A stretch of DNA of 14,140 bases, from NCBI GenBank assembly GCA_964347045.1, contig CAYFXC010000031.1, forward strand, positions 1,498 through 15,637, read 5' to 3'. A program made the position numbers and the translations under genes. Shown here one piece after another: positions 8,229 through 14,140 of the stretch; position 1 is the first letter of the stretch, and the number at the start of each line of letters is the position of its first letter. The notes under the pieces are model-generated. The model had not been told where the DNA came from. It ran no database searches and was given only the letters and a program-made list of their open reading frames with translations. Source of the DNA: an uncultured archaeon. Its GTDB lineage: Archaea; Asgardarchaeota; Hermodarchaeia; Hermodarchaeales; Hermodarchaeaceae.

Positions 8229-8441
8229 ATGAAGTTAAGCGCACGCAACAAGGTTCCAGTAAGAGTGGAAAAAATAGAAAAAGGGTCAGTTGTGTGTAGG
8301 GTCTTTTTGCGCGTTGAAGATTTGACTATATTAACCGCTGTGATTCGGCGAAAAGCCCTTGATGAACTTATCTTAGTTGAAGGCGATGGGGTAGAAGCGG
8401 TTGTGAAAGCCACTGAGGTTATGCTTCTGGACGAAGATTAA
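8229..8441 (+). CDS. Stand-alone Mop/TOBE (molbindin-like) protein
   Basis: 70 aa, MKLSARN...AVVKATEVM. GAGGA SD at 8214-8218. In frame with modE. Confidence 0.85.
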   Translation: MKLSARNKVPVRVEKIEKGSVVCRVFLRVEDLTILTAVIRRKALDELILVEGDGVEAVVKATEVMLLDED

Positions 8442-8516
8442 ACGCTTGGCTGAATACGACTCTCCTCTCTTATTCTGGTAATTCGTGTGTTGGTTCTCAG
8501 AATTTAGGGGACAAGG

Positions 8517-8559
8517 TTATAAATCAACAAGCAATAAATATGCACACTCGTACATATCT
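8517..8559 (+). promoter_or_regulatory. TATA box plus ModE-type operator upstream of moaB
   Basis: TTATAAA at 8517-8523, then AAATATGCA-CACTCG-TACATATCT at 8536-8559 (7/9 arm symmetry, 6-nt spacer). Confidence 0.6.
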
Positions 8560-8597
8560 TAGCAAGTTTTTATCCAAAGCTATGGGGCGACTGGCGA

Positions 8598-9131
8598 TTG
8601 TCCAAAAAGCGAGAAATTTCCACTTCATCAAATGCGCATCGTGCCGTTGCAACCAAGACGGCGACTTTCTTTGTTGTAGTCGTATCGACTTCTAAATCAA
8701 TGACGCCTGCCGACGATAAAAGTGGGGCTCTTCTTGTTAAAAGCCTGCAGAGTTTTGGTCATCAAGTGAATGAAATGAAATTCGTTCCTGATGAAGCCAG
8801 TGCCATCACGAAAGCTCTAACAGAAGCAATCGCTATACCGAGTGTTGAAGCAATAATTTTTACTGGCGGCACTGGATTGACCAGAAATGATATCACCATT
8901 GAAACGATAGTACCACGATTCAGAAAAGAATTGGCTGCTTTTTCAACCCTATTTAGTTTACTAACCTATGAGGCAATTGGAACTGCTGCATTACTTTCAA
9001 GGGCTACAGCGGGAGTGATTGGTGATAAGGCGATTTTTTGCATTCCTGGAAGCCCACATGCTTGTCAATTGGCTGTTGAACGTATTATTGGTCCGGAGAT
9101 TGGACATATTTTGAAACACGCTCATGAATAG
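8598..9131 (+). CDS. moaB: Molybdopterin adenylyltransferase, MoaB/MogA family
   Basis: VVVSTS, DKSG, VPDE, TGGTG, DIT.E, LSRATAG, PGS. Confidence 0.92.
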   Translation: MSKKREISTSSNAHRAVATKTATFFVVVVSTSKSMTPADDKSGALLVKSLQSFGHQVNEMKFVPDEASAITKALTEAIAIPSVEAIIFTGGTGLTRNDITIETIVPRFRKELAAFSTLFSLLTYEAIGTAALLSRATAGVIGDKAIFCIPGSPHACQLAVERIIGPEIGHILKHAHE

Positions 9132-9148
9132 GAGGCATTGCGGGAGTT

Positions 9149-10369
9149 ATGACGAAACAGGGATTTGGGAAGCTTTTGTCTCTAAAAAACGCCTTATCAA
9201 TTGTGCAATCAGTTGTCACTGTCATTGATGATGAACCGGTTCTCTTGGAACAAGCTTTTGGTCGGATTGTAAGTCAAGACATTACTGCACCGATTGATGT
9301 GCCACATTTTCGAAAATCCGCCATGGATGGATATGCAGTTGTAGCCGAGGGCCTTTTCGGGGCTTCCACTTCAACACCTAAACAACTTCGATGTGTTGAC
9401 ACGATTCGTGCTGGTCAAACGCCTCGGAAAAAGATCTCCCATTTAGAATGTGCTGAAATTGCCACAGGGGCACCTTTACCCGAAGGAGCTGATGCAGTCG
9501 TTATGGTCGAATACACCGAACGTGAGAAGGATCAGGTGACCTTCTTCAAGAGCGTTGCCCCACAAGAAAATGTAATTCTCATAGGCTCCGATATTACCAA
9601 AGGAGATGTAGTACTCAAACAAGGAACTATGCTGACTCCCCGTCACACTGGTGTCCTTTCAGCCTTAGGATTCTCAGAAGTTACTGTTCGAAAACGTCTG
9701 AAAATTGGAGTTTTTTCAACAGGGAATGAAATTCAAGAGCTGGGTGAAATACCAGATATCGGAAAAATTTTTGATATCAACCGACGGGCAATTATCGACG
9801 CGCTCATTGGTGATGGGTGTGAGGTCATTGACCTCGGTCTTGCCTTAGATGACCCAGAATCGATTGCCCAAACTCTTCGCAAAGGTCTTCAAACCTGCGA
9901 TCTTATAATTACCTCCGGTGGATCATCTCTTGGAGCCGAGGACTGTATTGTTGAGGTTACAGATACACTCGGCGAAGTTTTAGTTCATGGGATTGCCGTA
10001 AAACCTGGCAAACCTACAACAATTGGGAAAATTAACAACAAACTGTTCTTTGGTCTTCCAGGTCACCCAATGTCCGCACTTTCAATTTATTATATCATAG
10101 TGCGCCCTGTCCTCTTTGCAATGCTTAAGGCTGAAATTCCGAAACGTCACATTTACGGAACATTGGCTACAAAAGTGGTAAGCACAATTGGACGATATGA
10201 ATTCTTACCTGTAAAAATCGAGGAACACGAAAAGCGTATTCAAATACTTCCAGTTATGAAGGGCTCCAGCGCCATCACATCCTTGACCTTAGCTGATGGA
10301 TTTATTGAGATCGAGGAAAATACTGAGGTGTTACCTCGTGGAACTGAGGTGACTGTGACACTATTTTGA
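9149..10369 (+). CDS. moeA: Molybdopterin molybdenum/tungsten transferase
   Basis: PHFRKSAMDGYAV, IATGAPLPEGADAVVMVE, STGNE, SGGSS, KPGKP, GLPGHP. Confidence 0.95.
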   Translation: MTKQGFGKLLSLKNALSIVQSVVTVIDDEPVLLEQAFGRIVSQDITAPIDVPHFRKSAMDGYAVVAEGLFGASTSTPKQLRCVDTIRAGQTPRKKISHLECAEIATGAPLPEGADAVVMVEYTEREKDQVTFFKSVAPQENVILIGSDITKGDVVLKQGTMLTPRHTGVLSALGFSEVTVRKRLKIGVFSTGNEIQELGEIPDIGKIFDINRRAIIDALIGDGCEVIDLGLALDDPESIAQTLRKGLQTCDLIITSGGSSLGAEDCIVEVTDTLGEVLVHGIAVKPGKPTTIGKINNKLFFGLPGHPMSALSIYYIIVRPVLFAMLKAEIPKRHIYGTLATKVVSTIGRYEFLPVKIEEHEKRIQILPVMKGSSAITSLTLADGFIEIEENTEVLPRGTEVTVTLF

Positions 10370-10383
10370 GGACGTTGGACTCT

Positions 10384-10833
10384 ATGCAGACCGGTATTAT
10401 ACGCGCAGTATGTATCAGTGAAAAGCGTGGCACACCCAAGATAAATGTTCAACAGGCCACTCTCATCAAAAATTTTGGTGTACAAAATGATGCTCATGGC
10501 GCCCCAGGAATTCGAGAGGTTTCATTATTGGGCGTTGAAAGTATCGAAAAGATGCACCAACAAGGCATTGAAGTTCCCTATGGAGGATTTGGTGAAAACC
10601 TCACGACAGAAGGAATACTTCTCTATAAGCTACCTCTTGGGACATTCTTACAAGTGGGACCAACGTTATTGGAAGTTACACAAATTGGTAAAGAATGTCA
10701 TTCCCCCTGTGCAATCGGACAAGCTACTGGAAAATGCGTTATGCCTGAGGAAGGTGTCTTTGCCCGTGTACTGAAAGGCGGACATGTTCGTGTAGGCGAT
10801 CAAATTCGAATAATAAAGAGGAATTCAGCATGA
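10384..10833 (+). CDS. MOSC domain protein
   Basis: AVCISEKRG, DAH, FGENLT, LEVTQIGKECH, MPEEGVFARV. ATG 10384 preferred over TTG 10366. Confidence 0.9.
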   Translation: MQTGIIRAVCISEKRGTPKINVQQATLIKNFGVQNDAHGAPGIREVSLLGVESIEKMHQQGIEVPYGGFGENLTTEGILLYKLPLGTFLQVGPTLLEVTQIGKECHSPCAIGQATGKCVMPEEGVFARVLKGGHVRVGDQIRIIKRNSA

Positions 10834-11759
10834 GTATACAAGTCAACCAAACTCAAGAATTAAAGAAAATGCTCGTGGATCAATATGGTCGAACGATTAC
10901 TCATTTCCGTGTCTCAGTGACTTCAAAATGCAATCTATCATGCTCTTATTGCCATAAGGAAGGTCACTTAGCTAAGAAACCAGATATGTCCATTGAGCTA
11001 ATCAGAAGGATTACTGAAGTGGCCGAGCGCTGGGGCATTCTAAACTTCAAAATAACAGGAGGGGAACCCCTTCTCCGTCCTGACATCACTAGAATTGTCA
11101 GTATCATTGCAGAAACGCATGGTATCAAAGATATTTCACTGACCACTAATGGCTATCGCCTTGCAAAACTAGCTCGTCCGCTAAAGCAGGCAGGCCTTAC
11201 ACGTGTCAATATTGGCTGTGATTCATTGTCCGGTCCACAACTTCCCAAGAACGTTGACACCATATCTGCAGGTCTCGCTGCAGCTACAGCTGCAGGATTA
11301 GCTCCTATTAAACTAAATATGGTCTTGCTTCGCGGTATTAATGACCATGAGATTACACAAATGATTGAATTTGCCCAAAATAATGACTGTATACTCCAAC
11401 TGATTGAACTCATACCTATAGATTACAATTTCTTCAAGGCGCATCATGTCGATATGACGCCTGTAGAACAATGGCTCAAAACAAAAGCGAAGCAAGTAAT
11501 CATTCGGACCATGCAAAGTAGGAAACAGTACATACTTCCCAAAACAATAGTAGAAGTGGTCCGTAGCCTACATAATCCGGCTTTTTGCCGTCAGTGCAAT
11601 AAGCTCCGTGTCACGAGTGATGGGAAATTTAAACCATGTTTAATGCGTGAAGACAATCTCGTGACAATCGACCCTAATAGTATTGAAGCAAATTTGGCCA
11701 TAGCATTAGAACATCGCGCACCCTATTATCTAGAAGAGCAAACCCGACTAGATAAATAA
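10830..11759 (+). CDS. moaA: GTP 3',8-cyclase (radical SAM)
   Basis: D.YGR, RVSVT.KCNLSCSYCH.EG, TGGEP, LTTNG, and the C-terminal FCRQCNKLRVTSDGKFKPCL cluster motif. Confidence 0.95.
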   Translation: MSIQVNQTQELKKMLVDQYGRTITHFRVSVTSKCNLSCSYCHKEGHLAKKPDMSIELIRRITEVAERWGILNFKITGGEPLLRPDITRIVSIIAETHGIKDISLTTNGYRLAKLARPLKQAGLTRVNIGCDSLSGPQLPKNVDTISAGLAAATAAGLAPIKLNMVLLRGINDHEITQMIEFAQNNDCILQLIELIPIDYNFFKAHHVDMTPVEQWLKTKAKQVIIRTMQSRKQYILPKTIVEVVRSLHNPAFCRQCNKLRVTSDGKFKPCLMREDNLVTIDPNSIEANLAIALEHRAPYYLEEQTRLDK

Positions 11760-11804
11760 CACAAATTTGATCATATCTTGAGCAATCATCACCAGGTGGA
11801 ATTT

Positions 11805-12251
11805 ATGACACGAATGGTTGATACCTCCGACAAAAAAGATCTACACCGCATGGCAATAGCACGAGGACGCATCTATTTGCAACCTGAAACTCTTAACCAA
11901 ATCCAGAACAAAACTATCAAGAAAGGTGATCCCTTTCCAGTTGCAGAGATTGCTAGCATACTTGCAGCGAAAAATACTCCAACAATTATCCCGCTTTGCC
12001 ATCAAATTCCTCTGACTGACATAGCTACAGAATTTGCAATAAAAGAGAATTATCTTGAGGTGACTGTTACAATCAAAGCTGTTGCTAAAACTGGTGTTGA
12101 GATGGAAGCTCTAGTTGCAGTTTGTGCTGCACTAACCAATATTTGGGATATGACTAAATACATTGAGAAGGACAAAGCGGGGCAATATCCAACAACAAGA
12201 ATTTCTGACATTCAAATACTAAGGAAGGAAAAGTTTGAGGATACGGTGTGA
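11805..12251 (+). CDS. moaC: Cyclic pyranopterin monophosphate synthase
   Basis: MVDTS.K, KKGD, AAK.T..IIPLCH, TGVEMEAL, WDM.K. SD-like AGGTGG precedes ATG 11805. Confidence 0.95.
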   Translation: MTRMVDTSDKKDLHRMAIARGRIYLQPETLNQIQNKTIKKGDPFPVAEIASILAAKNTPTIIPLCHQIPLTDIATEFAIKENYLEVTVTIKAVAKTGVEMEALVAVCAALTNIWDMTKYIEKDKAGQYPTTRISDIQILRKEKFEDTV

Positions 12252-12326
12252 AGTTCTTACGGAAGGAAGGTGTTCTTCTCAAGATTTAGAATAGAAGATC
12301 AACTCTTGGTTCGGAAGTCTTAGGAA

Positions 12327-13397
12327 ATGAAAATACTAGCTTTGGATATTGGAGTAGGAACTGTGGATATTCTTCTTTTTGACGACAAAAAAACAAGCAT
12401 TGAAAATTGTATTAAAATGGTTTTGCCCTCGCCCTCCCAAATCTTTGCTGTGAAAGTTCAAGAGGCCACTAAGCGGATGACAGATCTTTTCATTCAAGGA
12501 GATATTATAGGCGGCCACTCATTTACTTCAGCTTTAAAAAAGCACCTAAAGAAGAAACTTCGCGTCATAGTTACAGAGCCAGTCGCATATAGTATCCGTA
12601 ATAACCTTGAGGAAGTAAAACAACTGGGAATTGAGATAGTACAAGAAAGTCCACCTAGTCAGTTTGACGGGGAAATCTTAACAATCTCAGAAATCAACCT
12701 TTTGGAGTTAGAAAAGTTTCTAAGTAATTCTAATGAAACTATCTATGATGTTGATGTTGTAGCTATTGCTGTGCAAGATCATGGAGTGGCACCACACCGA
12801 ACAAGTAATCGAAAGTTTCGCATTCAGCAGATGAAAGCTCAGTTAATGTCAAATTCTCGACTAGAAAATCTAGCCTATTGGAGCCAAGACATTCCATCTC
12901 ATTTCTTAAGAATGAAATCAGCCGCTACAGCGGTTAAGAAACAACTTCCCTCTGTACAAGTTTTATTAATGGATACTGCACCCGCAGCAATACTTGGAGC
13001 TCTACAGGACCCAGCGGTAAAAACCGCAAATCTTGTCCTTAGTGTTAATATTGGCAATGGGCACACTATGGCCGCAATCATCAAAAGTGACCAAATTATC
13101 GGATTGATGGAACATCATACTAGGTACTTACCTCCCCGAAAAGTTGAAAAAATGCTAGTGGACTTTGTTGATGGAAAAATCAGTGATGACGAAATTTTCG
13201 AAGACCGTGGACATGGACTATTCTTTCTTACCCATCCTCCAACCTTCAAGCAACTTGAAAAAATCGTAGTAACCGGTCCCAATAGACTTCGCTTAACCAA
13301 TGCAAACTTCTCGATTCATTTTGCTGCTCCAGGTGGTGATGTCATGATGACAGGACCAATAGGGTTGGTAGAAGCAGTGAAAAAGAAATCACAATGA
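12327..13397 (+). CDS. DUF1786 family protein (ASKHA/actin-like ATPase motifs)
   Basis: MKILALDIGVGTVD, ENCIKMVLPSP, AVQDHG, SNRKFR, MDT, NIGNGHT, EHHT, GHG, TGPNR, APGGDVMMTG. Confidence 0.85.
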   Translation: MKILALDIGVGTVDILLFDDKKTSIENCIKMVLPSPSQIFAVKVQEATKRMTDLFIQGDIIGGHSFTSALKKHLKKKLRVIVTEPVAYSIRNNLEEVKQLGIEIVQESPPSQFDGEILTISEINLLELEKFLSNSNETIYDVDVVAIAVQDHGVAPHRTSNRKFRIQQMKAQLMSNSRLENLAYWSQDIPSHFLRMKSAATAVKKQLPSVQVLLMDTAPAAILGALQDPAVKTANLVLSVNIGNGHTMAAIIKSDQIIGLMEHHTRYLPPRKVEKMLVDFVDGKISDDEIFEDRGHGLFFLTHPPTFKQLEKIVVTGPNRLRLTNANFSIHFAAPGGDVMMTGPIGLVEAVKKKSQ

Positions 13398-13408
13398 AGT
13401 AGGGAAGA

Positions 13409-13420
13409 TTTCTTTTTTTT
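13409..13420 (+). terminator. Oligo-T terminator candidate
   Basis: TTTCTTTTTTTT starting 12 nt after the DUF1786 stop, at the end of the moa operon. Confidence 0.5.
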
Positions 13421-13497
13421 CTGCAAAGTGAATTTCTCGCCCAAGAGATTAAATGCAGTAAGGCTAATTTTGGTAAGTTATTAGCCTTCCTGATAAG

Positions 13498-13526
13498 TTT
13501 CGAAGACATACCTGCAATTCTCTTAT
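13498..13526 (+). repeat. Dispersed intergenic repeat, copy C
   Basis: tttcgaagacatacctgcaattctcttat; 26/29 identical to 3853-3880; lies between convergent genes. Confidence 0.85.
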
Positions 13527-13560
13527 ATTTTGAAGATTTTCATGGTTGGACTGAATTTCT

Positions 13561-14140
13561 CTAGAGCCATTTTTTTCTTCGAAAGAAGAACAACATTAGC
13601 ACGAGGAGAGCTATTATGAATGGTATGGAAATGATTGGTGAGATATTAATAGTCAAACCAAAGATACCGGTTAGTAAAGAAAGGGGGATGAAAATTGTGG
13701 CAAATATCGTTAGGATTTTAATAACTTCATTTAAGCGATAACTGATGCTTGAAAAAAAGATGTCAAGCAAAACGGGAATTTTCTCATGGAAAGTATCAAC
13801 CGCTTCAGCGATTTGGACTAAGTTTTCATGCACATCATGAAAGTAAATTAGAAGTTCTTGATTTATTAAAGAAATCCGACCGCGTTCCAGACGGCTGGTG
13901 ACCTCTCGCAATGGTAAGATCCATTTGCGTAATAATGAAATTTGTCCCTTGAGGTTATGAATTCCTCGCAGTGTTTCGTTTGTGGGGTTTTCGACTAAAT
14001 CATCCTCAAAAAATTCAATTTTGCTCTCAATCTTTTCGATGTCTTTGAAGTAATTTTCAACCACAACATCTAACAAGGAAAAGGCAAGATAATCATTTTT
14101 CATTTTTCGAATCTTTCCCTTCTTCAAACGTATTCGTTCT
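13561..14140 (-). CDS. corA: CorA-family cation channel, 3' part (5' end outside the window), with atypical signature
   Basis: DYL...LLDVVVENYF, PLREV, YFHDVHE, LNEVIKILTIFATIFIPL, RRKKWL terminus. The frame is open to the window edge. Confidence 0.85.
   Translation of the reverse strand, partial: ERIRLKKGKIRKMKNDYLAFSLLDVVVENYFKDIEKIESKIEFFEDDLVENPTNETLRGIHNLKGQISLLRKWILPLREVTSRLERGRISLINQELLIYFHDVHENLVQIAEAVDTFHEKIPVLLDIFFSSISYRLNEVIKILTIFATIFIPLSLLTGIFGLTINISPIISIPFIIALLVLMLFFFRRKKWL

Noticed and set aside
11700-11759. MoaA truncated because it lacks the C-terminal GG motif
   Set aside because: Absence of GG is usual in archaeal MoaA, and both Fe-S cluster motifs are intact.
399-13300. 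Overlapping ORFs in the track (e.g. 399-713, 911-1243, 2044-2286, 2664-2957, 6143-6499, 10445-10774)
   Set aside because: They are antisense or alternate-frame shadows of well-supported genes and have no recognisable motifs.
319-13526. CRISPR array or SECIS elements as the explanation of the repeats
   Set aside because: Copies are kilobases apart with no cas genes, and no convincing SECIS stem with GA quartet or archaeal GAA/A motif could be folded.

Overview
Prokaryotic, probably archaeal, window. Support for archaeal origin: TATA-like promoters, oligo-T terminators, MoaA without the C-terminal GG, VSTS-type MoaB and DUF1786; the phylum cannot be assigned from sequence alone. It holds three metal/metalloid blocks. 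(1) 448-3788: an ArsS-type radical SAM gene with its usual TIGR04282- and TIGR04283-like partners, interrupted by an oppositely oriented unknown membrane protein. (2) 4066-13397: a DsrE-family gene, tupABC, a ModE-like regulator plus an in-frame stand-alone Mop/TOBE gene, then moaB-moeA-MOSC-moaA-moaC-DUF1786. (3) The 3' part of a corA-like gene that lacks the GMN motif. Three ModE-type 9-6-9 palindromes lie in promoter regions. Three same-orientation copies of an unexplained intergenic repeat (core TCGAAGACATA) lie at the borders of the three blocks.
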